A stretch of 64,000 nt of DNA from the NCBI RefSeq assembly GCF_009914755.1, contig NC_060930.1. One strand, written 5' to 3'. Shown in pieces: positions 1 to 20,289 of this stretch. The position numbers and the translations under genes were made by a program. Position 1 is the first letter of the stretch. The number at the start of each line of letters is the position of its first letter. The notes under the pieces are model-generated. The model was not told where the DNA came from and did not search any database. It saw nothing but the letters and a program-made list of their open reading frames with translations. Source of the stretch: the human T2T-CHM13v2.0 reference genome, Homo sapiens.

Positions 1-1346
<1,346 letters not shown>

Positions 1347-1959
1347 GGAGTTATTAGCATTGTCCACTGAAAAGGCTTAGAAACAATGACCAGCCCAGTA
1401 CCATTTGGCACCCCTTATGGCCCAGACCATACTCCCTAAATATAATTTTGTCTTAAAATAAACAATGACTTTTTGGAAGTGTGGCTGATTCCATGCTTGA
1501 GGGAAAAATGTACACAATGAACCTAAAATATCTTGTCATATCAGAAAAAAGTTATCAAAAGCTTCTGGGGTCATGTGAAAAGGATTCCAAAGACAATCCT
1601 GGCTAGAGATAAGACAATTTGAGTAGCAATAAGAACAATAACTGCAATGAATTAAAACATATCAAATATTTTTAAGTGCACAAGTTCATAATTATACTAA
1701 AAAACAACCCTAATTGGTCACCTTTGGATCCTAACTTTCCTGTATAAATTTATTCCTCAGGGTAACCCAAATGGTTGATGAAGGAAGTTTTGTTTTGTTT
1801 TGTTTTTCTAAAAGTATTCCAGTCAATAAAATAAAGAGGAGATGATAGAATTATAATGTCATAATTTTGCAACCCCTAATGAAGTAGTGGGTCCAGGCAA
1901 TGGCCATAAATGACTGCTAAATTAATACAAAGAGAAACATCCATTATATGCTCTTCTGA

Positions 1960-2283
<324 letters not shown>

Positions 2284-2319
2284 TGAAATGCTCTTCCAAA
2301 AACACTGAGTCTAGCCTAG

Positions 2320-3565
2320 CTCAGCATTGGTTAATAGAACTTTCTGTGATAATGGAAGTGTTCTATATCTGCACTGTCCAATACTGTGGCCACTAAACAC
2401 ATGGGACTATTTAAATTTAAAATAAAATTTTAAATTCATTTAGTCCTGTTGTGGGAAGTCAGGGACCCCCAAATGGAGGGACCGGCTGGAGCCGCGGCAG
2501 AGGAACATAAATTGTGAAGATTTCATGGACATTTATCAATTCCCAAATAATACTTTTATAATTTTTATGCCTGTCTTTAATCTCTTAATCCTGTTACCTT
2601 CGTAAGCTAAGGATGTACATCACGTCAGGACCAGTGTGATAATTGTGTTAACTGTACAAATTGATTGTAAAACGTGTGTTTGAACAATATGAAATCAGTG
2701 CACCTTGAAAAAGAACAGAATAACAGCAATTTTTAGGGAACAAGAGAAGATAACCATAAGGTCTGACTGCCTGCTGGGTCAGGCAAAAAGAGCCATATTT
2801 TTCTTCTTGCAGAGAGCCTATAAATGGACATGCAAGTAGGAGAGATATTGCTAAATTCTTTTCCTAGCAAAGAATATTAATATTAATACCCTTGGAAAGG
2901 AATGCATTCCTGGAGGGAGGTCTATAAACGGCTGCTCTGGGAGTCTCTGTCTTATGCAGTTGAGATAAGGACTGAGATACGCCCTGGTCTCCTGCAGTAC
3001 CCTCAGGCTTATTAGGGTGGGGAGAAAACTCCACCCTGGTAAATTTGTGGTCAGATCAGTTCTCTGCTCTCAAACCCTGTTTTCTGTTGTTTAAGATGTT
3101 TATCAAGACAATATGTGCACTGCTGAACATAGACCCTTATCAGTAGTTCTGCTTTTGCCCTTTGCCTTGTCATCTTTGTTGGACCCTTATCAGTAGTTCT
3201 GCTTTTGCCCTTTGTCCTGTTCCCTCAGAAGCATGTGATCTTTGTTCTGCTTTTTGCCCTTTGAAGCATGTGATCTTTGTCCCTACTCTCTGTTCTTACA
3301 CCCCCTCCCCTTTTGAAACCCTTAATTAAAAAACTTGCTGGTTTGAGGCTCAGGTGGGCATCATGGTCCCACCAATATGTGATGCCACCCCCGGTGGCCC
3401 AGCTGTAAAATTCCTCTCTTTGTACTTTCTCTTTATTTCTCAGCCAGCTGACACTTATGGAAAATAGAAAGAACCTATGTTGAAATATTGGGGGCGGGTT
3501 CCTCCAATAAGTCCCATGAGCCACTTTTCAAATGCTCAATATCTATATGTGGCTGGTGACAACTC
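2320..3565. mobile_element. MER3/MER33-like hAT MITE split by the MER11 LTR
   Basis: aatagaactttctgtgataatggaa...atatctgcactgtcc before the LTR and agccacttttcaaatgctcaat...tgtggctgg after it. Confidence 0.7.
2447..3509 (+). mobile_element. MER11 (HERV-K11/HML-8) solo LTR
   Basis: Starts tgttgtgggaagtcagggacccc, ends ggttcctccaata; internal acccttatcagtagttctgct repeats; AGTCC TSD. Confidence 0.9.
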
Positions 3566-4016
3566 TAGTTCTATCAGTTTTCAGGAAATACAGGGGCTAA
3601 AAAAGCACATTAATACCACCAAAAGAAAGCAATCAACAATATCCACAATGTGGAAAACTACAGGGAAAGCTACAAAGTTTCTTCAACAAATTGCAAGAAA
3701 AAAGAAAAAGGAGAGAAGCTGGTGTAGGCAAAGCTAGAGGGTGTGGTGGCCTCTCATTCTGTGGCCAAGAACCCCTTGACACTCATTGAGGGGTTATTCC
3801 TGCAGAGTCAGGGGGCTGCCACCAAGATGTGAGGAGAGAAAAAAGGGAGGTACAGGCCAAAAGGCAGGAGGGTGAGGGAGAATGGGGAGTAAAGGGGATG
3901 GGATCATGTCCAATCATGTGTATTTGTACAATAGCATTCTACACAGAATGAAAAAAGGGGTGGACCAACATGCATGAATCCCAAGCACATTGTGTTGAGC
4001 AAAAGAAGCCAGATAC

Positions 4017-6010
<1,994 letters not shown>

Positions 6011-6329
6011 GGGGTTACTGAACAGTAATGGCAATAAAGTTTTAAAAATTGAATCTATCTGGCTGAGTACGGTGGCTCACACCTGTAATCTCAGCACTTT
6101 GGGAGACTGAGGCTGAGGAAGATAATTTCAGCTCAGGAGTACAAGACCAGCCTCGGCAACATAACAAGACCCTGTCTCTATTTTTTTTAATTAAAAAATA
6201 ATTAATTGAACCTATCCTTTCTCTTGACCAGCTCTACTGGTGGCCTACTTAGGTTGCTAATGTGGGATGGTTGCAGGCATAACTGGAGAGGCCTTAAAAG
6301 TTTGTTGTGGACTGGTGGAGGCATGGTTA

Positions 6330-7134
6330 CTTGGTAGAACTCTGTGGTGGGTTTCCAGTGACATGGAAAGTCTTCACACCACTGAGGAGTTTGCCTCAGG
6401 CTGGTCCTTGGGAAGCCACAAGAGATGCTGGTGGAACTGTCGCTGGATGACATGAGTCCAATTCCTGCCACAGCCTCTAGCCAGAGTCAGTAGTGTGTGC
6501 ACCTGTCACTGGCCTTTTAGTGGGTTTCATATTTGTTCAGACTTGTCCAGTTGGCCAGAAGCTGACTTTATGTGAAATGGGAAATGCTGCTTTCACAAAC
6601 GCTGGTTGCACCGATTCAACTTCTTGACAAGCTGGGCACTGTTCAAAAAGGAAAATGCAAAAGTTAGTCATCTTTGGAGGACATCAACCTCCAAAGAGAA
6701 AGTAATCAAAAGTACTGAGCCTATTGGACACCTATGGAAAGCTGACAAGAACCAACTCAATCCTGAAGGAGGAAATAAGTTTCCCAATAAAAAAACCTAA
6801 TGAAGACAGATCCACTCAAGAAAAAAGGAGATGATGGTTGAAGTTACAGGGATGATGCTGTCACTGGCCTAGCAGTCATCACTTCATAGAGAGCTTATGC
6901 AAACAACAGCTTCCTCATTGTCCTTCAGAAGAATGGGCCGTTCCCTTCCCTCCACTCAAACTTCCTGTGCTGGCAAGCCACATTCATTCACCTTCTCTCC
7001 AATAGGAGGTTCATTTTTGCCCTGGATCCAAGGAGGCAGTTCCTGTGGAGATCTCCTTTTCCTTCTCATTCTCTTTTGGGAAGCACTTACGGAGCCCTCT
7101 CAATGGGCAGGAGTTTTTCCTGCACCATCACATC
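6330..7134 (-). pseudogene. Sacsin-like C-terminal pseudo-exons including a degenerate J domain
   Basis: Acceptors at 7135 and 6639 (the latter with a GACTAAC branch point and pyrimidine tract); VIQRQFHQHLLWLPKDQPE ~ IIRRLYLKWHPDKNPE; SLDP...GE*MWL ~ LMDP...GEYVGYL. Confidence 0.6.
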
Positions 7135-7170
7135 CTAAAAACAGAAATGAATTCTTTTGAAATTAATTCA

Positions 7171-7920
<750 letters not shown>

Positions 7921-8623
7921 TTAATAAAAGAACATACTTGTGTTCAAAATGACATTCGATAAAACTTTAGCTGTTTTATAAATATTTTAATATAAATCTC
8001 ATAATTATTTGTTTTCTCTATACATAAGTATAGATATTGTTTTATGTAATTATATGTTTATCAATAGTATACAATTCCAAGTGGATTCTATAGAGTCTTC
8101 AGAAGCTCTCAGCAGGGTTGGGCCCTGGCTGCATAGAGTGGCAGTCAGTTCACTAATGCACACTGTATTGGCTCTTCTTGCTTGCATCACCCTCCTGCCT
8201 CCTTTATGCCTGCTATATTTCTCATCCTCCCTTGCCTGTAGATATGAATATGACCACATTCTGGTCAAAGACATGTAAAGAGAAATGTAATAAGAGATAC
8301 CCGGAATGGCCCCTTAAGGGACTTTTTTTCAGCTGAGGGGACACACTCTTTGTCCTTCTCTTCTTCCTACTGCCTGAAATGTGGGCATGATAGCTGGAAT
8401 GCCAGCAGTTATCTTGGACTCATGAAGAAACCTTGAGGAAGGAAGCCACACACTGGGGATAGCAGAACAGAAGTGTGACTACTTGGTCCCTGATGGCAGT
8501 GAAGTTGTCCTGGACTAACACCAGACATATTTTATATGGGAGGGAAATACAATTCTTATTAAATTACATGATATTTGGGTTTTAGAATAAATGCTGCTAA
8601 ATCTAATTTTAGTGAATCCATCT

Positions 8624-9104
8624 TGCAGGGGTCTGTCCCGCAGACCTTGACCCAACGACGGATGAATAACGTACACTGACACAGGTATTTTGCCTGTCAG
8701 TCCGGCTGAGGGTCTGGGCCACTTACAGACACCAAGGAGGGTGCTGTAGAGTTGCAGCCTCGGCCCTGACTCCTGGCCCTGCCGGCATTTATTCAGCACA
8801 CATTAAATGACAAAGGCTTTGAGTCAACACCATTAGAGGGTAATTAACCTAGTTGCCCCCACCTAGAGCCATCCTGATCTCAATCCTGATCAAAGGTTAG
8901 TTTTAGGACCACATGAGTAAACAAGTTATTTAGCTAAACTCCTCTACATTCCTATGCATCTACGCCCTAAGCCTTTAAGAGAATTCAGCTTCCTTCGGCC
9001 AAACACTTAAGTGAACTATGCAAACCCCCAGGCCTTCCAAGAGGGTTTGTGTTTATTTCCTATAGTTTTACAATTTCTCCCACCATCCTGACTGAACCCC
9101 CACA
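8624..9104 (-). mobile_element. LTR22 (HERV-K22/HML-5) solo LTR
   Basis: Reverse complement begins tgtgggggttcagtcaggatggtgggagaaattgtaaa; CATCT TSD at 8619-8623 and 9105-9109. Confidence 0.85.
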
Positions 9105-9789
9105 CATCTTTTATCCTACCCCTTCAGCTCGGTCTTTCTTTGGTGGTGACAAAAGGCAGGTGGGATATCATAGTAGTTACTAAAATAGTTAGCAACCCAA
9201 GCCTATTCCTCAAACCACTTGAAGAATGGATTCCCCATTTTCTAGCTCAGTTTCCCCTGTGCAGTGATACCAATAAGTAGGACCAGAAATAGATCCACAA
9301 CTGGGGGAACTTGAAGCTTCTAAAATTTGGGGGCAACTATATAAGAACACAACATTACAAATACAAAATTAGATACTCTCTCAGGTGGGGTTCCTTAAAA
9401 GCAGAGCCTGAGATGGAGATTCTTGTGCAAGTGATTTATGAGTGGGCTCTCAGAAAATTGTAAGGGAGAAAGGGATGCAAGATAGGGCAGGGGTAATTAG
9501 GCAAAGGGATGGTTTCGGAAGAGATCTAGCCTCAGGCTGATTTCTTGGGTAGCTCTGGAGTGTAAATTACCCTGCTGTGAGTCAAAAGCTTTTACATCGA
9601 TCAGTCACTGGGGTGGTTCAAGCTCCCAGGCAAGGTGGCTCCCCCAGGCCTGGGCAGTCAGTCTGCTGCAGAAGGGTACAGGTGTGGGTCCTTGGTAGTG
9701 AACACCTGCAGCAGCTGGTAGATGGGTGCACTGGCTTGCTGAAGGGAATCGGGGAAGGAGACTAACAACTATTGCTACAGATAAGAAGA

Positions 9790-10800
9790 GAAAATGGTCA
9801 TTTAAAATCTTAAGAAATTTGTAAAGATCACAAAATTCAGAAAAATATACCACTTCTCCTTTTTTTACTTCATAATTTTTGATCACCTCTTCATAAGGCA
9901 ATGGTTTTGTAATGTAGTTTTCTATAGAAAGTCTAGCATAATTGATTTAAATTTGTTTTTATTATTGATCATTTAGAAAAGTTTCTTTTAGCTTCATTAT
10001 TTAGCTATAATCCATTACAAGTAATGCCATGTATATTTTTAGGATTATCGTCAAATTTGGTAAAGCCTCTATCAAATTTTTTTTGTATATTGGCTGTAAG
10101 ATTTAAAGGCATTTCAAGTTTTCTTGGACAGTGATAAATCTTAAGTTCTCTTTGAATTGGCCACACTCATTAACCAGTTTGTCTTCAATGTCTTATTTCA
10201 ATGGCATATGAGTTTATATTATCTTTATTGATAAATTTAAATTTTCTTCCAGTGAGTGACATGTTATCAGCCTTCATCAAGATCAGACAGATTGTGTGTA
10301 GTACTGCTAAGTTTGTACCCTATACGCAGTAATTCTGATAAACTCAATTTTGTACCATTCCCATTGAAAGAGAGGAGAAAACTGTGAAACAGTTGTAATT
10401 GTGTATATGGCATCATTGAGTATATTCTTCACAAGCAGAACTTCCTTTTTGACCAGGAAGATGAAAACAGACTTGTCCCTCCTTAACAATTTTACATATC
10501 TGGTGACTAGAAGCATTTCCAATAGACTGACTTTTATCTCCATTCATTTCAAGCCTTGTTTCCCCTTCACTATCCATATACTTATGGTGTTGCCCATTGT
10601 AGGACAAGGTCATATTGCAATATGATCTCTGGCCCTGAACATTTACCTGTGCGGATGCCAGGTAAGTTGCCATGTGGGCAATAAGAATACTGCTGGATGC
10701 CATTTCTGCACCTAGACAGCTAGATGAGTGTTGCAGACGTGACTGCAATACACATAATTATATCCACTAAACCCAAGCCAAATGTATGCCCAGTTCAACT
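9790..10800 (-). mobile_element. hAT (Tip100-type, Zaphod/Arthur-like) DNA transposon fossil
   Basis: LPNLTIILKIYMALLV...EAKRNFSK*SIIKNKFKSIML...SIENYITKPLPYEEVIKNY matches the hAT C-terminal dimerisation domain. Confidence 0.8.
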
Positions 10801-10869
10801 TTCCCTTAGTTGGAACCCAGAATGCCTATGGCCACTTCAGTGTCAAACTGTGAGGTCTCATCATCTTTG

Positions 10870-11795
<926 letters not shown>

Positions 11796-12909
11796 ATAAA
11801 CACTTACTGAGATTCTACATTAATTTAAAAAATATACAGTGAAGCTAATAGAAAGTCCAAAATCGGACACAAGAAGCACTTTATAGAAAGAATTTCAGGC
11901 TGGATGCAATGGCTCACACCTGGAATCTCAACACTTTGGGAGGCTGAGTGGGAGGATTCCTTGAGGCCAGAAGTTTGAGACCAGCCTGGGCAACATAGTG
12001 AGATCCCATCTCTAAAAAGAAAGAAAGAGTTTCAGAGTTTGAAACTAGAATCTGAGTTCATGTATAGGGGATTTGTTTATTTCACAGCCTTAGGTATTTG
12101 AAGATCAAATTATTTTGGTTTAGCAACTACAGTGGATGATCCTATCATGCAACATAGAAGTTCAGGTTTAATATGATCTTGCATGAAAATTATTTAGCCA
12201 TTAATCAAAAGCAAAGAGGCTGGTAATAAGCTATTTTGGCCTTTCCATTTATTTATTTAGCTTAGCTTGTTTTCTTAAACTTACTTCACCTTCACTGTGT
12301 AATGCCTGGGCTAAAAATGCATATTACAATTTTTTATTTTATTATTTTATTGCAGACAGTTTTAAAAATAGAAATATTTAGACCAGACTACAGCAATATG
12401 AAAATTTTACAGCTGCATACTGTTTCCTTATTCCCCCTCTTTTTTTCTCTCTTTCCTTCAGACATATTCATTGTTTGTTTCCTTTGGTAGTTTCTCTATT
12501 ACTCTAAAATTAATTTATGTGGTATAGGTCTCTTCTAATGGTAAATATAAACCATTGGACATTCCAGTTTAATAACTTTGATTTTTAGGCCTTTTATTCA
12601 CATTTTCAATATAATTTTGGTTCACTTCCATTCAACAGCATACACTGTTCTACAATTAATTTTGTCTTGTACTAACCCTTGGTATTTAGTGCTATGGTCA
12701 AATCTGGGGTTTCAAGATTTCTTTTTTTTTTTTTTTAATTTTTGCATTTGTTGTAGAGACAAGGTCTCACTATATTTCCTATATTTCCCAGGCTGGTCTT
12801 AAAACTCCTAAGCTCAAGCCATTCTCCTGCCTTGGCCTCCCTAAGTGTTGGGAGTACAGGCATGAGACCATGCACCCAGCATCAAACTTTCAAAGCAACA
12901 TGATAGATC

Positions 12910-13095
12910 CATATTATATGTCTTCATGGTTGCAGACCTCTGCATGGTCAAGTGTTCCTGGAGAAAGAAATTGGACCACTTGCCAACAACAACACTCGGG
13001 TACAATTATAAGCTAATTTTAGACAAGAAAAGAAATGAGAGCATCAACTGCTGCCACTTGGTATGAATTAGACAATGAAGAAAGTATTTACTTTT
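12910..13095 (-). pseudogene. Sacsin-like pseudo-exon
   Basis: atttcag acceptor; PSVVVGKWSNFFLQEHL ~ [23 protein letters not shown]. Confidence 0.6.
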
Positions 13096-13240
13096 CTGAA
13101 ATGGTAATAAAAATGGCATTCTAGGTTTTTGGAAATTTTCCAGGTGAGGTTTCTAAAAAACAAAAGATTTTAAAAAACGAAAAAAAAAATTGGCCAGCTA
13201 TCACATTTGCCTGAAAAAAATTGAATTAAATATCTCTATC

Positions 13241-14900
<1,660 letters not shown>

Positions 14901-15015
14901 TCCTATTTACTAATTTTTAGAACACACATATTTTTATTAATGACTTATCACATTTTTAATAAAAATTTATTCCCACAGAACACCTTGAGGATTGTAACCC
15001 TGTGACCATCTATAC

Positions 15016-15247
15016 CTGCCATCCATTCCTGCTAGCATCTTTGAAATATGTAGCAACAAATTGACCAGGAAGTTTGAGAAGTGAATCCTTAGTAAAGGTA
15101 ATTATTAACCATGGTATGTACACAGTCGAGGTGAACACATTGCTTGAGGGATCAATCTCTTCAAGGACTTTAAAAGCACTGCACCGGGCCCAAGCTCTAG
15201 ATGTTGTATAGAGGACCAGGGGCAGTCAAAGTTCTCCACCCATTTTC
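15016..15247 (-). pseudogene. Sacsin-like pseudo-exon
   Basis: ggcttag|...|gtatag; KWVENFDCPW ~ KWKDNFASESW; LEEIDPSSNVFTSTVYIPWLII ~ QEETKPTFDIVVDTLKDWALL. Confidence 0.7.
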
Positions 15248-16029
15248 CTAAGCCATAACGGTAGGAGAGAAATGTTCTTGTTAACCACAAGCTGGGTTAC
15301 GTCTTTGCAGTGTTGTTTTGTACACACTGTGGGGAATCAGGGCAAAGGAAAAGCCTATCCTCTCAGAACCTCCCTGTCCTCATTTCCAGGAATAGTGATG
15401 GAGAACAGAGCAGCTAATCTCACTGCCAAGAGAAGGGAAGCCAAAGGGAGCCTCAGGTCATCAGGTACCAGGACATTCAGGGCTTTAAAGTCACTGCCTT
15501 CACTTTGTGGGCCATTTGAAGAAATCCGCACAGAACTTGAAAACGAGTTGTAATAGAATCTTGCCCAGCAGAAGCAAGGGTCTGTCAGGTATTTTTGCTC
15601 ATTCCCTTTTTGTTTTTCAGGGTTGTTTCCTCAGCTTACATTTTTCCCTTTCAACTCACTCACTCCCTGGATGGTTTAATTCCCCTCTGGGTATACCATT
15701 ACTCATACTAGCTATGTAGAAATGCACTTTCCTTGGTGCTCTGCTGGTCTCCTCCTGGACAACTGCATCTACCTCCTCTCCACGTGTCTAATGCACATCC
15801 ATCAATTTGCCCCTCACTCTCTTATTTCCCCTATTTTGTTTCATGGCTTTACCATTCACTCAGCTGTTAACCCGAGAAACTTCAGTTCTCTTTCCCCCTT
15901 TCTCTGGAGCACCTTCTTCACCTAAACAGACATTCAGTGAGGAATTAAGTCTGGCCATTTCTGCCCACGGAATGTTTCTGGAATCCTTGGACTTTGCAAG
16001 AGCCTTTTATTTATTTTTAATTTTTTAAA

Positions 16030-16775
<746 letters not shown>

Positions 16776-17046
16776 CTAAAGTTGTAATTCCTTAGCAATG
16801 TGTTGTACACTTCCTCTATGTCCCTTCATCCCCAATCAAATTCACCTTTCTGCTCACCTACTCTCTTAGTTGTCTGCTTTCTGCCATATGACAACCAGCT
16901 CTTCCAACACCTTAGCCCAGATTGATTTTACATGTGCTATCTAGTGCGTGTTACGTGTTTGTTTCAGCTAGAGAAGTTTCTGGAGTTAACCAAGTTTGCA
17001 TGTGTGTCTGGGGATGCTTAGGAGAATGTTGTAAATGACCAGTATA

Positions 17047-17270
17047 CCAAAGTGACACTGTGATTTGCTTCTTCTCCATGCTGGCAGCAGCAGTCCTCAA
17101 ATCGTGCAGTGGCCAGCATTTTGTTCAGGAGAAAATTGCTGTAGTTCCAAGTATTGTTAAACTGAAACGATGTAGGCTGGATTCACATGCACTTTTGGAA
17201 ATATCATATATTTTGAAGGTATTATAAGTTTGATTTTTTTGGTGAAATATCTGCACTCTCTCCTTGGATT
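17047..17270 (-). pseudogene. Sacsin-like remnant
   Basis: NTWNYSNFLLNKMLA ~ NTLYLKYSNILLNCKVA; VQIFHQKNQTY ~ LQTFDAKRPKF. Confidence 0.7.
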
Positions 17271-17272
17271 AA

Positions 17273-17613
<341 letters not shown>

Positions 17614-17853
17614 CCCCACAATTATTTTTGTTTGTTTGCTTTTCATTCCTGAAATCCTGCACTGAAGCTCTCTGGTACTTCTATTTACTTTTTCTCTACC
17701 TTTAATTTTCTTCATTTTATTTTTCATTCCATTCCTTTTTCTGTTTTCAAAAACTTTTTTTTCTCATTTAGCTCATGCTTTGCCATGAGCTCATGCTTTG
17801 CCATGTTGGGGATTTTATTTTATTATTTCTATCTTAATTCAAAGAATATAAAC

Positions 17854-18059
17854 CATACAAAAGCCTGCTGCCTTTTCAAAAGGAGTTCTGAATCTGAAGC
17901 CCAAAATAATACCCAGTATAGTTGTACAATTTGGCTGTATTTTAGTTGCTTTTCCAGGGTAAAGGAAATTTTTGATCTACTCTTTCCACCACAGCACTCA
18001 TTTGTCATGAATGTCCTGTTCTCAAAGTTATTGAGTCAGTTGTGATGACAGCTGGTTTT
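17854..18059 (-). pseudogene. Sacsin-like pseudo-exon
   Basis: KE*IKNFLYPGKATKIQP ~ [20 protein letters not shown]. Confidence 0.65.
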
Positions 18060-18321
18060 CTAAGCAGCCAGGAAAGAAGAGGAATCTTTATATATTTTTT
18101 CCCCTTTTTTCTCATCAGGAGCCAAGAAAGAACATTTATATACTTTAAAACCAGTCCTCAAGAGAGAACTATCTGCACTCCTCTCACCCCCCCAAAAAGG
18201 TTATACATCTTAATACTAAATTCTGGATATTGTATTGTTTCCTCAGATCCAGCACCAGCTAAAGGAAGGGAGCTTGTATACATTTTTTTTTGTTTCTAAT
18301 AAAAACATACAGGTTCCTTAC

Positions 18322-18489
18322 CAGTAGCACATAGATAGGGTAGACAGTTGTATGAATATTATGGGTACAAATGAAAGTAATAGTAAGAATTTATGAGCTG
18401 ACCAGATTCTAGAAAGCCACATGTCCAACTCCATCAGCTTCCAGAAGCAATTCTTCCTGCCCCCAGCTCCACATAAAGGACTGAGAAGT
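18322..18489 (-). pseudogene. Sacsin-like pseudo-exon
   Basis: cttcttcctag|...|gtaagg; RKNCFW/ADGVGHVAF*N...IFIQL ~ RRNLWRDDNGVGVRSDWN...LLIQL. Confidence 0.7.
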
Positions 18490-18882
18490 CTAGGAAGAAG
18501 CATAACAATGTCTATTGGTAGTCAGTGTCGTTTAATGGTTAATTGCTGCCATTATTCAGTTAGTTTATTAGATTCAAGAAGAATAATCAGCCAACAAATA
18601 TTTATTAACACAGAGGAAATGCTGACCATAAGATGTTAGGTGCTGGGGAATGCAGTGGGAAAACAAAAGAGTTTAAAGCCTGGAGGGGAAGATAAACGGT
18701 CAGCAAGTTATCACAGTTTATCAAATAAATGAATTCAAGGGTGCAAAATACCATGAGCAAGAAATACAAGGTGTCAACAGTAGAAACTGAATACATACGT
18801 GCCTGTGGGCATGTATACCCACCCACCCACCCACATATATACACAAGGAACAGAGCTTGAAATGAATCTGTCTTTCCTCTAC

Positions 18883-19109
18883 CTCAAGTGGCAGCTTTGT
18901 TAATTCCTGCAAAGCAATATAAATAGCAGCTTCTATATGAAATTATATGCATCCCTTTTCTGTTGCTGTTTATTGATGCCTGAGGAGGGCAAACATGGGT
19001 TCTACTGATGTCAGCAGGCAGAGTTGCTGCAGTAAAATTTATTCAAAATGAGTGTTGTGGGTTCTGATTTGAATAGATAAACTGGAGATGCATTTATGAA
19101 TTTGCATGT
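18883..19109 (-). pseudogene. Sacsin-like pseudo-exon
   Basis: aaacag|...|gtagag; AAIYIALQELTKLPLE(V) ~ AFCFLPLSLETGLPFHV. Confidence 0.6.
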
Positions 19110-19129
19110 CTGTTTACACAAGCAATAGA

Positions 19130-19360
19130 CCATGGTGGCTGAAAGTCAGCCACTGGAGGCTGACTCTGGCTTCTGTTCTACAGTGGGTCCACTACTTACT
19201 AGCTCTATAATCTTGGACATACATCTGTAAAATGAAGATAAATAACCACATTAACCACCTCATAGTTTGCTGTGAGGATTAAATGAGTTAACAAATGCTA
19301 AGCCCTTGGAACAGTGCCTAGCACAGAGTAATTGCTCTACAAATGTCACCTATTGCTTTT
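19130..19360. mobile_element. MIR
   Basis: catctgtaaaatg...gtgaggattaaatgagttaa...gaacagtgcctagcacagagta core. Confidence 0.75.
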
Positions 19361-19402
19361 GCTCTCCAATCCCCCCTTCTCCCCTTTTTTTAGCCAACTA
19401 AC

Positions 19403-19546
19403 TGAGCAGGATAATATTGGATCTCGTGGATACAGGGTAATTTTCTTCAGCAGAATACCAGAGAAAGATTTATTATCGCCAAGGGGGCCCAGGAATTTAA
19501 TAACACATTTGTTGTTTTTAGAGCTGAGTTTTTGTTGGAGTGTTAA
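19403..19546 (-). pseudogene. Sacsin-like pseudo-exon (stop-free)
   Basis: tttctttctcag|...|gttagt, 144 nt; KKITLYPRDPILSC ~ QDITLFPRGGVAAC. Confidence 0.75.
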
Positions 19547-19830
19547 CTGAGAAAGAAAGTTTTCAGACGTGAATGGAATGTGACATTTACTCTGGTATTA
19601 TTAGCATATAGAGTAGTAAAAACAGTAGTTGATAGTCTTCGTGCATGTTAGCTTCCCTTAGACTTATTTTCAAAATATTCATTTGGTTTATCACATTAAT
19701 ATATTGTGTCCCATTTAACATAGTTGAGACAAATTAAGGAAAGATGATAGGGTATGAAGAGCTGATAGAAGCTTTTAATATGTGGAAAACCTCAGAATAT
19801 AAACATCTACAGTGTTATTAATAGGCATAC

Positions 19831-20031
19831 CGTCAACAACAGTTTTTCAGACTTTGTGGTTCACTCTGGAGAAAAACAAGAGCATGACATCTTGAATTTC
19901 TTCACTGGGTAATTAAAAAACTCAGTTATAATGTAACACCAGCTGCACATATCATGTTAGTGGAGTTCAGCATCAATTAAAATTATAAACGAAACCTGTC
20001 ATATGTTCCCTTTCAAAGCTGTTCAAGACAA
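19831..20031 (-). pseudogene. Sacsin-like pseudo-exon
   Basis: ggacag|...|gtatgc, 201 nt phase 0/0; LKGNI*QVSFIILIDAELH*HDMCSW ~ [25 protein letters not shown]. Confidence 0.6.
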
Positions 20032-20289
20032 CTGTCCAAATCAACAAAACAGTATGAATATTTACTACCATAAATCTTTTAACTCTTTGGTTTTAACTCA
20101 TTTCAAATTTTTAGTTCTACTCTATTCAAATAAATTATTATATAATAGCTAATACATACCAAGAGCTTACTGCATAATCTAGCTGCTGTTCCAGACATTA
20201 GTAACCAATGAGAAAACTGTAGAGAGTAGCTGCAGCTTTTAGTAATACAATGTCAAGGAGAAGAAAGTGGGGGCAGTACCGAAACTTAC

